NCBI GenBank assembly: GCA_023246355.1
Contig: JAHFIQ010000006.1
Span: forward strand, 1-62,788
Reading direction: 5' to 3'
Source of the DNA: Candidatus Uhrbacteria bacterium
GTDB taxonomy: Bacteria > Patescibacteriota > Patescibacteriia > UBA9934 > GWF2-40-263
DNA: 62,788 nt
Shown: positions 19,874 to 29,507 of the stretch, one piece after another
Layout: each line of letters begins with the position of its first letter
How positions within the stretch are numbered: position 1 is the first letter of the stretch
Made by a program: the position numbers and the translations under genes
The notes under the pieces: model-generated
What the model was told of the DNA's origin: nothing
The model's database searches: none
Seen by the model: only the letters and a program-made list of their open reading frames with translations

Positions 19874-20239
19874 ATGTATTCGATCCCCGTACAAGCGGCT
19901 GTTTATTCTCCGCAAACTCTTTCACCGCGAATCTCTCTGAGCGTGTTTTTTCGTGAGCACACGGTTGCTCTCAACGTTGCTTCCTTGGTGATTCTGGGTG
20001 TTCTGCTTGTCGTGCAGATCATCCAAGTGAATGCAGCGACGACCAAAGGCTATCAAATGCGCGAGCTGGAGAATCAAATCAGTGAGCTTTCTCTTTTGCA
20101 ACAAAACTTACAACTCGAGGCCCGCAAAGTGCAGTCGCTTGATCATGTCTCTCACTCAGTGAAGATGCTCGGCTTCGTCGAGTCAGAACAACCAACCTAT
20201 CTCTCTTCTACGACTCCATCCGTCGCCATGGCGCAATAA
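19874..20239 (+). CDS. FtsL-like single-pass membrane protein
   Basis: It occupies the position after rsmH. One TM segment (VASLVILGVLLVV) is followed by a coiled-coil-like segment. Confidence 0.5.
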   Translation: MYSIPVQAAVYSPQTLSPRISLSVFFREHTVALNVASLVILGVLLVVQIIQVNAATTKGYQMRELENQISELSLLQQNLQLEARKVQSLDHVSHSVKMLGFVESEQPTYLSSTTPSVAMAQ

Positions 20240-20412
20240 TCGACGTAGGTAGCCGCAGGCTTCAGCCTGCGCCAGCCAAGCCTATATAACAGCCAAACGG
20301 CTGTTTTTCTTTGAATTTATACAGGCCGCTATTTGACATTCAGGCCAATTTCAACTATCTTTTTGAGTCGCAAGACTCCTACGGCAGGGAGAGCCGCACA
20401 CAAGGAGATGTC

Positions 20413-20781
20413 ATGGAAGACTGGAAATTGTCGAGCTCGATCGAAGAAAAGGATCGGTTGATGAAGGAGAAGTGGGGTGACGCGCCTCCACGCTACCTCT
20501 GGTTCGCCATCCTCTCGCCCAGGTCGAGTGAGCTGAGTCGTGATGAGCTGGCGCTCCTGCGCATCTTCTTCTTTGGTCCCCGAGAGCCGGACACCGAAGC
20601 CATCGAGCTGTCGATGTACACCGACGGTCCCACCGAGGATGGTGTCTACGGTGACCTGCGGATCCGTGGTTTCACGAGCCCGGTCTACTTCACCCTCACG
20701 ATGGATGGACAGGAGATGCCGCTCATGCGAGTGGCTGACCCCACCGACAGCCAGCTGATCGACTTCCGTCCGGCGGCGTGA
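20413..20781 (+). CDS. Hypothetical protein (GC3-rich, SD-bearing)
   Basis: AAGGAG lies 5 nt upstream of the ATG at 20413. Strong third-position G/C bias by eye. Confidence 0.5.
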   Translation: MEDWKLSSSIEEKDRLMKEKWGDAPPRYLWFAILSPRSSELSRDELALLRIFFFGPREPDTEAIELSMYTDGPTEDGVYGDLRIRGFTSPVYFTLTMDGQEMPLMRVADPTDSQLIDFRPAA

Positions 20782-20839
20782 TCTCGATTTCCACTCTCAC
20801 CTCAACCCCTCGGCTGGGTAAAAGCCTCCTGGAGCTCCC

Positions 20840-20992
20840 ATGAACTTCTGGTCCGCAATCGTGCTGATCACCATGGCTGGTGTCGTAGGAGATGCCGTTC
20901 ACCTCACCGGTACGGCCTGGCCCATCTGGGGGTTCGTGCCGATCGTCATGCTGGGGTCGGTGATCCTCAAGTGGAATCCGAACAACCCCTGA
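20840..20992 (+). CDS. Small (50 aa) two-helix hydrophobic protein, GC3-rich
   Basis: The ORF, below the track cutoff, reads MNFWSAIVLITMAGVVGDAVHLTGTAWPIWGFVPIVMLGSVILKWNPNNP. Its composition matches the upstream ORF. A terminator hairpin gccccgtc...ggcatggggc plus a T-run lies downstream. Confidence 0.4.
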   Translation: MNFWSAIVLITMAGVVGDAVHLTGTAWPIWGFVPIVMLGSVILKWNPNNP

Positions 20993-21206
20993 TCCTCCTT
21001 CGCGCGTCTGTGCCTAGGGAATAGTAAGCTACGTCTGCCCCGTCCCACCGCAAGGTCTGGCATGGGGCTATTATTTTTTGGTGACAGAACTGGGGACATC
21101 TTTTCGCAGGTACGAAGATATGTCTCCGACTGCTCTTACCTAGCTTCGACGCACTTGTGACCATATGGTTAAGAGTTCGTCGTGATGATATTCTTGGTCT
21201 CGACAT

Positions 21207-21827
21207 ATGTTGAAGTTTATTAACCCAACCAGCTGGGAAGACGTGTTTCAAGATTGGAAACAACGTGAAGGCAACGATCCTGGTTGGATCCACTGTGCGA
21301 CCACGATCAAAGGTTGGCCTGATTGGGAATCGTGGAGACGGTTTAGCGCAGAACAAATTCACGCAGCAGATCGTGATTGGGAGATCTACGAATGTACGGA
21401 TCCGATGCGCGAGATTCCCGCTATGCTGGTTGGACCATTCACCGGTTGGCAGTCGCGATTGCCAAAGCCCAACGTCTCTTCATTTGCAGAGCTTGTTGCC
21501 ATCCCTGAGCAGACTCAGTTTTTTCGCGAGCACGAAAAAGTCGCAGGCATGATGAAGCATTTCCCTCCGTCAACCATGTTTATTGGATTGTGTCGCGAGG
21601 ATTCTGGATCGATTGTTTGCCTTGAAGGTCATCATCGAGCCACGGCTGTTGCCCTGTCTCTGAAAGCAGGGAGTGAAATCGATTTCGGTGGTCCTGTGCA
21701 GATTGCGTTGGCAGTCTTGCGATCCGATGAGTCCTCGTTGCTTGACCGTGTCCTTGCCCGTGGATCATCCAAGGAACCAAAAGACGCGAGTCATTCCGCC
21801 CTTTCCTACATCGCTCATCCAACATGA
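21207..21827 (+). CDS. Hypothetical protein, possible ParB/Srx-like nuclease motif
   Basis: IVCLEGHHRATAVAL resembles the DGxHR motif of ParB-like nuclease domains. Weak assignment. Confidence 0.35.
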   Translation: MLKFINPTSWEDVFQDWKQREGNDPGWIHCATTIKGWPDWESWRRFSAEQIHAADRDWEIYECTDPMREIPAMLVGPFTGWQSRLPKPNVSSFAELVAIPEQTQFFREHEKVAGMMKHFPPSTMFIGLCREDSGSIVCLEGHHRATAVALSLKAGSEIDFGGPVQIALAVLRSDESSLLDRVLARGSSKEPKDASHSALSYIAHPT

Positions 21828-21859
21828 CCGTGCTATACTGGTCATAACACAAGGAGGAT

Positions 21860-22432
21860 ATGTTACAAACCGCGATCTTTGACCAAGCAGCCGCGGTGCA
21901 GGCGCTTGAAAATATCAACTGGCTCAATCCATCGTGGGATCTCTTCATCCTCATCTTTTTTGTAGTCGCGTCGCTCATCTACGGGATCTCCCTTGGACGC
22001 GACCGCATCATTGTGATCCTCGTGTCCATCTACATGTCGCTTGCGATCGTAAATTACATTCCATTCGTCGCCGAGTTCAATGCGAAGATTTCTGTAAACG
22101 ATGCCTTTGCCCTTCGGGTCACTGTGTTTCTCGGAATCTTCATCCTCTTATTTTTCTTCCTTTCGCATTCGGCTCTCATGCGGACACTCGGCCATGGCGC
22201 TACGCAGGGACGTCTTTGGCAAGTGATGATTTTTTCCTTTCTTCACGTGGGGCTGCTCATCAGTGTGACCCTTTCATTTTTTCCGTCCGATCTCGCTGGG
22301 GTTCTGTCTCCTTTTACTCGCGCTTTATTTTTGAGCGACATTGCTCGTGCCGTCTGGGTTCTGTTGCCCGTGCTTGCCATGGCTTTGCTTGGCGGAGGGA
22401 GCGATGATCGCAGATACGGGTCTTACAATTGA
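21860..22432 (+). CDS. Integral membrane protein (CvpA-like topology)
   Basis: 190 aa with four to five hydrophobic helices. Confidence 0.45.
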   Translation: MLQTAIFDQAAAVQALENINWLNPSWDLFILIFFVVASLIYGISLGRDRIIVILVSIYMSLAIVNYIPFVAEFNAKISVNDAFALRVTVFLGIFILLFFFLSHSALMRTLGHGATQGRLWQVMIFSFLHVGLLISVTLSFFPSDLAGVLSPFTRALFLSDIARAVWVLLPVLAMALLGGGSDDRRYGSYN

Positions 22433-22616
22433 CAGAGTCACGTATATCGTCTATCTGTGTAGAGTGGTTGAGAGACCGTCGCAAAACTCGCGATCTTGCG
22501 TTTCACGGGGCCCCTCCACCACCTCAACGTAGGATTTACCTACGTCTCGGCGGCTGGTTTCCCCGTTCAACGCAATCTCATCGAGTTTTTCAACGGTCTC
22601 GTTGGGATCCATTTTC

Positions 22617-23108
22617 ATGGATAAACGATCATTTGAAGCATTCTATAAAGCAAATCTTGACCGTATCTATCGATACGTTTTTTTTCGTGTCGGCCGTAAT
22701 GAGAGCGTGACTCAGGATCTTGTCTCGGAAATTTTTATTAAGGCGCTCCAGCATTTTGAAAAATACGACGAAGCTATTTCACGCTCAGCCTGGATTTATC
22801 GCATCGCGCACAATCATCTCGCCAACTATTTTCGTGACAAAAAGCCGCAGGTTGATCTTGAGGACGTTTCCTTTACGCTCGTAGGTGAAGACGGTCGCAG
22901 GTCCATGGAAACTTGGGAGGAACACTCAAAACTTGAAAAAGCCTTGCAACAATTGCCTGTGGAGGATCGGCGTCTGGTAACGCTCAAGTACATCGAAGGG
23001 TATGCATATGCAGAAATGGGCGAGATTCTGGATCGCACAGCTGATGCCCTCAAAGTGGCAACGCATCGAGCGGTGGTGAAACTCAGATCGCTCCTGAAAG
23101 AAACCTAG
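22617..23108 (+). CDS. ECF-type RNA polymerase sigma-70 family factor
   Basis: Region 2 (DLVSEIFIKALQHFEKYD ... AWIYRIAHNHLANYFR) and region 4 (LPVEDRRLVTLKYIEGYAYAEMGEIL). Confidence 0.85.
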   Translation: MDKRSFEAFYKANLDRIYRYVFFRVGRNESVTQDLVSEIFIKALQHFEKYDEAISRSAWIYRIAHNHLANYFRDKKPQVDLEDVSFTLVGEDGRRSMETWEEHSKLEKALQQLPVEDRRLVTLKYIEGYAYAEMGEILDRTADALKVATHRAVVKLRSLLKET

Positions 23109-23111
23109 ACT

Positions 23112-23777
23112 ATGTTTTTTCTTAAACGACAACTTAGACATCTGTCAAAACAAGGACAGCCATCCAAAGCTTTTCGCCAAGCCCTGTGGTTGAAGCTGTC
23201 TCAGGAACATGCGTGTTTGTATCCTACGACGACGTTCTATTCGCCACATGTTCGATTTGCGGCCGTCGGTCTCACAGCCCTTGTTGTTGTGTTCACGATG
23301 GGAACGGGTGTCTATGCCTACGAAAGCCCTGACGTGGTTGAAGGCCACCCACTGTTTGTTGTGAAAACCTCCCTTGAGGCTGTTCAAGAATCGTTGGCAC
23401 GGACTCCAGAGGCCCGTGCGGAGTTTCATGCGCGGATGATGGAGCGACGCTTGGCAGAAGGGGAGCATCATCTTTCTCGTGAGCCTGAGCAGGTGCAGGC
23501 ATCGCTTGATGCCGCGGCAGATCAGTTAGAACAAACCGTCGAGGAGCTCGCACCAGCGGTCGAGGATCCTGCACGGCGCGCACAGATGATTGAAGAGTTG
23601 TCCATTCACAACGCCCGTTACCTTGAGCTGTCAGCGCGTGTACAAGACAGCGAGGCAGAGAACAGGGAGCCGGCACACCTTCGATCGCGCGTCGAGGGAC
23701 ATGGGCTTTCTGAAGACGAACAGGTTCGGTTGTTTGAGAGGAAGGCGCGTGCCAGCGATCTCAACGACTCACCTTAA
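23112..23777 (+). CDS. Putative anti-sigma factor (single-pass membrane protein)
   Basis: It lies immediately downstream of the ECF sigma gene and has one TM segment (FAAVGLTALVVVFTMG) and a helical extracytoplasmic part. Confidence 0.4.
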   Translation: MFFLKRQLRHLSKQGQPSKAFRQALWLKLSQEHACLYPTTTFYSPHVRFAAVGLTALVVVFTMGTGVYAYESPDVVEGHPLFVVKTSLEAVQESLARTPEARAEFHARMMERRLAEGEHHLSREPEQVQASLDAAADQLEQTVEELAPAVEDPARRAQMIEELSIHNARYLELSARVQDSEAENREPAHLRSRVEGHGLSEDEQVRLFERKARASDLNDSP

Positions 23778-23787
23778 AACTAATTTT

Positions 23788-24291
23788 ATGCAAACAGCTC
23801 TCCTGAAGTCCTTGCGTTTCCCTGCGGCGATGCTCATTCTTGGCGCGATCATCCTGGCTCCAGCGTATTTCGTATCTGCAGATGAGGATACAAACTCTTC
23901 CGACGATGGATCCTCACAGCAACATCATCCACGTCATCCAGCTGGCATTCCTATGGAGATCACCTCTATCTCCGTTGACGCCGACGGTGTAGGAACGATC
24001 GAGGCCGAGCTCGTGCGTGTCCCGGATCAAGTCACACAGGACAAGGGTGTTGATGATGGCACAGGTGTGACCGTCACAACCACATCTGAGACAAAGTTTG
24101 TTGTCGATGGTGAGGAAGCAGACGCGAGTGACTTCTCTGTCGGTGAAACGATTTTCGTGGGAGGTAAAATCGATTTTGAGGAGCTCACCATTGAGGCCAA
24201 GGTTGTGAGTGACGAGCACCTACGTCCAAAACGACCCGGCTGCGATCCTGATGCTGAGCAAGCAGAACCATCCGATGATATCAGAGAGTAA
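23788..24291 (+). CDS. Secreted hypothetical protein
   Basis: Signal peptide LRFPAAMLILGAIILAPAYFVSA. Third gene of the sigma module. Confidence 0.45.
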   Translation: MQTALLKSLRFPAAMLILGAIILAPAYFVSADEDTNSSDDGSSQQHHPRHPAGIPMEITSISVDADGVGTIEAELVRVPDQVTQDKGVDDGTGVTVTTTSETKFVVDGEEADASDFSVGETIFVGGKIDFEELTIEAKVVSDEHLRPKRPGCDPDAEQAEPSDDIRE

Positions 24292-24354
24292 TCACAGCGC
24301 CGGCCCCATGGCCGGCTTTTGTTTTTCAATAACGGAGGTTATACTGACCCCGTT

Positions 24355-25740
24355 ATGCTTCACCTCTACAACACCCTCACCCGACAACAGGAGGCGTTCA
24401 AGCCGATTCATGAAGGCAAAGTTTCTCTCTATGCCTGTGGACCGACCGTCTATTGGTTTGCCCACATTGGGAACATGCGTTACTTCCTGTTTGTGGATGT
24501 CGTGCGTCGGACGCTTGCATTGAATGGTTATGAAGTGAAGATGGTCATGAACATCACAGACGTTGGTCATCTCACCGGGGATGTCGACGAAGGTGAGGAC
24601 AAGATGATCGTCGCGATGCGACGGGAGGGGAAGACCGCGACAGAGATCGCGCAGTTTTATACCGATGCTTTTTTGCAAGATATTGATCGGCTGAATATCA
24701 AGCGCGCCAACATCTACCCCAAGGCCACCGAACATATTCCTGAACAGATCGAGATGATCAAACATCTCGAAAAGAATGGGTTCACGTATCGGACAAGTGA
24801 CGGCGTCTATTTTGATACCGCGAAGCTTCAACGCTATGGTCGACTGTCTGGTCAACGATCGGAAGAAAAAAAAGCAGGAGCACGCGTTGAGATGGGAGAG
24901 AAGCACAACGCCACGGACTTTGCCCTGTGGAAGCTGAGCCCTTCGACAGGCTCAGGGCATTTGGCGGGGCGCCAAATGGAATGGGACTCTCCCTGGGGCG
25001 TGGGGTTTCCTGGTTGGCACATTGAGTGTTCAGCCATGTCGATGAAGTATCTCGATGTGCCATTTGATATTCACACCGGTGGTGTCGATCACATTGCGGT
25101 CCATCATGAAAATGAACTGGCTCAAACACAAGGAGCAGAGAATGAGCTCGAGGCGCATGTCTGGATGCATAGCGAGTTTCTGACGGTCGACAACGGCAAG
25201 ATGAGCAAGTCGCTGGGGAATCTCTACACCGTCGACGACCTCATCCAAAAAGGCTATGACCCGTTGGCCTTTCGGTATCTTGTGCTTGGCGCGCATTATC
25301 GGTCCAAGATTAATTTTACCTTTGAAGCCCTCGATGCGGCTCAGAATGCACTGAACAAATTGCGCCAGACCGTTCGAGATTGGGATGAGCCCGAGGTCGG
25401 ATGTGCTGAGTTGGAGGAAAAGTTTTTTGCGGCCGTAAACGATGATCTCAACACATCTCAAGCACTCGCTGTTGTCTGGGAGCTTGTGAATGCTGATCTC
25501 CCTACAAGCGCGAAAGCTGAATCGCTTCTGCGGATGGATCAGGTTCTTGGATTGCGACTGAAGGAGTTTGTGGCCCGTCCTCACCACATTCCAAAAGAGG
25601 TCCAGGAGCTTGTTACACTCAGAGAAGAAGCTCGAAAAACGAAGCAATGGGAGCGTTCTGATGAGTTGCGTTTACAGATCGAGAAGCTTGGGTTTCATGT
25701 GGAGGACACAGCAGCAGGTCCACAGATCAAAAAGCTGTAA
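24355..25740 (+). CDS. cysS: Cysteine--tRNA ligase
   Basis: HIGN (class I HIGH-type motif), KMSKS, and zinc-ligand Cys residues. Confidence 0.95.
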   Translation: MLHLYNTLTRQQEAFKPIHEGKVSLYACGPTVYWFAHIGNMRYFLFVDVVRRTLALNGYEVKMVMNITDVGHLTGDVDEGEDKMIVAMRREGKTATEIAQFYTDAFLQDIDRLNIKRANIYPKATEHIPEQIEMIKHLEKNGFTYRTSDGVYFDTAKLQRYGRLSGQRSEEKKAGARVEMGEKHNATDFALWKLSPSTGSGHLAGRQMEWDSPWGVGFPGWHIECSAMSMKYLDVPFDIHTGGVDHIAVHHENELAQTQGAENELEAHVWMHSEFLTVDNGKMSKSLGNLYTVDDLIQKGYDPLAFRYLVLGAHYRSKINFTFEALDAAQNALNKLRQTVRDWDEPEVGCAELEEKFFAAVNDDLNTSQALAVVWELVNADLPTSAKAESLLRMDQVLGLRLKEFVARPHHIPKEVQELVTLREEARKTKQWERSDELRLQIEKLGFHVEDTAAGPQIKKL

Positions 25741-25793
25741 AGCCGTGGGGATAACCCGCGGTTTTTTATTTCTATGGTAAAATAGGATCGATT

Positions 25794-26321
25794 ATGGCTG
25801 ATGGACGAGAAAAAGATTTGCCCGTGGTAAAGCCGTTTGAAAAGCCGGCTGTGATTGGTGCTCCCCGTGAGACGACTCCGGTTGTAGAAACACGGGAGGT
25901 ACGTGAGGGGGAGGAAGGAGTCTCAGAACCCGTAGCGATGGAGGAACCGCGCGCCATGGAGACCGCAGCTGCTCCTGCTTCGGTTGTTTCGGTACCGGTG
26001 CGCATCGCTCCCAAAATAGACGATCGTCTGGCAAAAGAAATCGAGGGAATTCTTTCAGAGGATTTGACAGATCTCTATTTGGCAATGCCTCCTGAGAAAC
26101 AGCAATTATTTAAAACCAAGGGCGAGGAGACTGCATCGAAGGTGCGCGAGTTGGTGCGGGCAGCCAAAATTAACGCCAAGAAAATTTTTCAGCTTATTCG
26201 CGACTGGCTGAAAATCGTTCCCGGTGTCAATCGATTTTTTCTCGAGCAAGAAGCAAAAATCAAAACAGATAAAATCCTGCTCGTGAGTGAGGAAGAAAAA
26301 AAACGAAACGAAACCGTGTGA
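25794..26321 (+). CDS. Hypothetical protein, first gene of the TraD/VirD4-like ATPase operon
   Basis: 175 aa with an acidic/Pro-rich N-terminus. Its stop overlaps the next start (ATGA). Confidence 0.5.
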   Translation: MADGREKDLPVVKPFEKPAVIGAPRETTPVVETREVREGEEGVSEPVAMEEPRAMETAAAPASVVSVPVRIAPKIDDRLAKEIEGILSEDLTDLYLAMPPEKQQLFKTKGEETASKVRELVRAAKINAKKIFQLIRDWLKIVPGVNRFFLEQEAKIKTDKILLVSEEEKKRNETV

Positions 26322-28867
26322 TGAGTCTATTCCAATTTGGTCTTCAAGCAACGACAGAACCTGCACGAGCCGTCACACAGGGGGATCTTTATATTTCCGG
26401 GTTGATTCTTTGGGGATTGGCCGGCGTGGGAGTGGTCATTGGACTCTTGTATGTCCTGCGTTTTGTTCTGCGCCGTGTCTCAAAAGCCAAACAAGCTACG
26501 TTTCAACGCGTGACCCTACTCATCACGCTGCCAAAATTTCGACATGAGGAGGAAAGCGAGCGGACAGGGTCCAAAGAACAAATCAAAGAAGCCATTGCGG
26601 CCGCGGAGATTTTTTTCTCTGCCGTGGGTGGACTCAAGGCTCAGCACGGATTTCATGCTTGGTTATTTGGTCGTCATGATGAAGTCGCGTTTGAAATTGT
26701 CTCGCACAACAAGCTCATCCGGTTTTACGTGTCCGTTCCTGTGGCCATGCGTCACATGATCGAACAGCAGCTTTCCGCTGCCTATCCTGACGTGTACATT
26801 GAGGAAGTTGAGGACTATAACATTTTCCAACCAACCGGCGTGATTGTGGGAAGCCACTTGGTCTTTCGACGGCAAAATTTCTTTCCGATTAAAACGTACA
26901 CGACTCTAGAAAAAGATCCGCTGAACGGCATCACTAACATTCTCTCGAAAATTCCCGAGGGTGATGGAGCTGCGTTTCAATTTTTGGTGCGTTCCTCGCC
27001 TGGCAAATGGCGAAAGCAGGGCATTCGTGTGGCGTCCAACATGCAACAAGGGATGAAGCTGGATGAGGCCATCAAAGGAAAGAAACACAAAAAAACCGAT
27101 TACTTGGAACTGGCTGGTCTTGGCGGGGACAAACAAAAAGAACCAGAAAAAGATTATCGCCTTTCGCCGCTTGAGGATCAGACAGTTAAAGGGTTACAAG
27201 AAAAGGCGAGCAAAGCTGGGATGGATGTGTGTATACGTCTGGTGAGTGCCTCGAAATCGGCTGAGTCAGCTCAGACGCTCATGCAAAACATGTTGAACGC
27301 CTTTGCGCAGTTTAACATTTACGAGTACGGCAATTCCTTTGTGAAGGTCGTGCCACGTCGCAAGAAACGAATTATCCAAAATTTCATCCATCGCATTTTT
27401 GATGAACGAAATACCATCGTCTTGAACGCCGAAGAAATGGCAAGCATCTGGCATCTCCCGCTCCCTTGGACAGATACACCAAACATCCAATGGCTTTTGG
27501 CACGCAAGGGTCCGGCGCCAGCCAATGTTCCTGGGCCTGAAGAAGGCGACATTGAACTGGGTTACAACATGTTTCGTGGGATCAAGACGCCGGTCTGGAT
27601 GAAATCTCTTGATCGGACGCGTCATACGTACATCATTGGAAAATCTGGATCCGGTAAGTCACAGTTGATCGCTAGTCTTGCCCTGCAAGATATTCGTGCA
27701 GGTCATGGGGTGGCGGTGGTTGAGCCGCATGGCGATCTGATTGAGCAAATTTTGGCCAACATTCCCAAAGAGCGCGTGGATGACGTGATTGTGTTTAATC
27801 CTTCTGACGTGGATCGGCCGATGGGACTCAACATGCTGGAAGCGAAAGACGAGAGCATGAAGGACTTTGCCGCACAGGAAATGGTCGCGATTTTTTACAA
27901 GCTGTTTCCACCGGAGATGATCGGGCCGATGTTTGAGCACCACATGCGAAACGTGATGCTCACCCTCATGTCTGACACGGAAAATCCTGGAACGATTGCG
28001 GAGATTCCTCGGATGTTCTCGGATGCTGATTTTCAACAGATTTGGCGAGCGAAGGTGAAAGACCCGGTTATTCAATCCTACTGGGTGAACGAGGTGGACA
28101 AAACCTCTGACTTTCATAAATCGGAAATGTTGGGATACCTCATTTCCAAAGTCGGTCGATTTGTGGAAAACGAAATGATGCGCAACATCATCGGCCAAAC
28201 GCGGTCCAGTTTTGATTTTCGTGAGGTGATGGACAAGAAGAAAATCTTGCTCGTGAATCTCTCCAAAGGAAAAACCGGCGATGTCAATGCCGAGCTCTTG
28301 GGACTCATCATCGTTTCTAAACTTCAGATGGCAGCGCTCACACGTGCGGACATTCCTGAGGATCAACGTCATGATTTTTATTTGTACATCGACGAGTTTC
28401 AAAACTTTATCACTGATTCGATTGCAACCATTTTGTCCGAGGCGCGTAAGTATCGTCTGAATCTCATCATTGCTCATCAATACATTGGCCAGCTCGTAAA
28501 AAATAATGACACGAAAATTCGCGATGCCGTATTTGGAAACGTTGGAACCAACTTCGTGGCGCGTATCGGACCTGAAGACGTGGAGACGCTTGAGAAACTC
28601 TACGCGCCTGAGTTCACCGGGTATGATATGATCAACTCGGATAAATTCACGTGGTACGTGAAAATGATCGTGGACAACGCGCAGATCAAACCCTTTACCC
28701 TCAACTTTAAACCACCGCCAAAGGGAGACGTTGAGCTCGCCACAGCGATCAAAGAACTTTCACGTCTGAAGTATGGCCGAGATCGGGCCATTGTGACAGC
28801 GGATATTACCGAGAGAATGCAGATGGTGAATATGGGGCCGGTAACAACGAAGCCAGGAGAGTTTTAG
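26318..28867 (+). CDS. Membrane-anchored TraD/VirD4/TraG-like (type IV secretion coupling-protein-like) P-loop ATPase
   Basis: N-terminal TM segment (LILWGLAGVGVVIGLLYVL), Walker A GKSGSGKS, Walker B FYLYIDEFQNF, then ARKYRLNLIIAHQYIGQL, typical of TraD/TraG C-terminal modules. Confidence 0.7.
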   Translation: MMSLFQFGLQATTEPARAVTQGDLYISGLILWGLAGVGVVIGLLYVLRFVLRRVSKAKQATFQRVTLLITLPKFRHEEESERTGSKEQIKEAIAAAEIFFSAVGGLKAQHGFHAWLFGRHDEVAFEIVSHNKLIRFYVSVPVAMRHMIEQQLSAAYPDVYIEEVEDYNIFQPTGVIVGSHLVFRRQNFFPIKTYTTLEKDPLNGITNILSKIPEGDGAAFQFLVRSSPGKWRKQGIRVASNMQQGMKLDEAIKGKKHKKTDYLELAGLGGDKQKEPEKDYRLSPLEDQTVKGLQEKASKAGMDVCIRLVSASKSAESAQTLMQNMLNAFAQFNIYEYGNSFVKVVPRRKKRIIQNFIHRIFDERNTIVLNAEEMASIWHLPLPWTDTPNIQWLLARKGPAPANVPGPEEGDIELGYNMFRGIKTPVWMKSLDRTRHTYIIGKSGSGKSQLIASLALQDIRAGHGVAVVEPHGDLIEQILANIPKERVDDVIVFNPSDVDRPMGLNMLEAKDESMKDFAAQEMVAIFYKLFPPEMIGPMFEHHMRNVMLTLMSDTENPGTIAEIPRMFSDADFQQIWRAKVKDPVIQSYWVNEVDKTSDFHKSEMLGYLISKVGRFVENEMMRNIIGQTRSSFDFREVMDKKKILLVNLSKGKTGDVNAELLGLIIVSKLQMAALTRADIPEDQRHDFYLYIDEFQNFITDSIATILSEARKYRLNLIIAHQYIGQLVKNNDTKIRDAVFGNVGTNFVARIGPEDVETLEKLYAPEFTGYDMINSDKFTWYVKMIVDNAQIKPFTLNFKPPPKGDVELATAIKELSRLKYGRDRAIVTADITERMQMVNMGPVTTKPGEF

Positions 28868-28868
28868 T

Positions 28869-29495
28869 ATGTACGCATTCTCTGAAGACGAAATTGAAGA
28901 TCACGCATTTGAAGCTGAGCCTGATGTCGAGCTTCATGCCAACCGCGCTGAGCACGGCGATGTCCGTGGGCGTTTGGCGTTACAGATGTTGCGGCAGGTG
29001 CGTGACTCGATGAACCATGTCATTCAGTTGCTGGAAGAAGGCGATACGGCTCGTGCGACCCGGCACATGGTCGATTTCGTTTCAAGCAAGAAACATACAG
29101 AAGCAGAACTTGAAACGCTTTCCGGTTCTCGAGTCTTGGAAGGTGTCTTTGATGGTCAGGCGATGATTGGAGCTGATGGTATGCGTTACGCTGTGCCAGA
29201 AAATTACGCCTCGAAATCCAAACTGGTGGAAGGGGATATTTTGAAGCTCATCATCCAACCCGATGGAACAAATGTGTTCAAGCAAATTGGACCGATTGAG
29301 CGCAAGCGGCTCGTGGGCCAACTCGCGGTTGATGCTGCTTCGCAGCTGCCGGTTGTGATCTGTGGTGAGGACGTGTATAAAGTCTTGGCCGCAACGGTCT
29401 CGTACTTTAAGGGAATTCCAGGTGATGAGGTTGTCATTCTTGTTCCAAGCGGCGGCCGCTGTGCTTGGGCAGCTGTTGAACGAATCAGTCATTAG
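28869..29495 (+). CDS. Hypothetical protein, third gene of the ATPase operon
   Basis: 208 aa, starting 1 nt after the ATPase stop. Confidence 0.5.
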   Translation: MYAFSEDEIEDHAFEAEPDVELHANRAEHGDVRGRLALQMLRQVRDSMNHVIQLLEEGDTARATRHMVDFVSSKKHTEAELETLSGSRVLEGVFDGQAMIGADGMRYAVPENYASKSKLVEGDILKLIIQPDGTNVFKQIGPIERKRLVGQLAVDAASQLPVVICGEDVYKVLAATVSYFKGIPGDEVVILVPSGGRCAWAAVERISH

Positions 29496-29507
29496 GTTGT
29501 AGCTCTT

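Noticed and set aside
27659-28480. Long antisense ORFs opposite well-supported genes (for example 27659..28480, 35636..36478, 59302..60033, 2913..3596, 25030..25647, 46746..47354, 10414..10932, 5254..5823)
   Set aside because: Each lies entirely within a gene with clear family motifs on the other strand, and none has recognisable motifs of its own.
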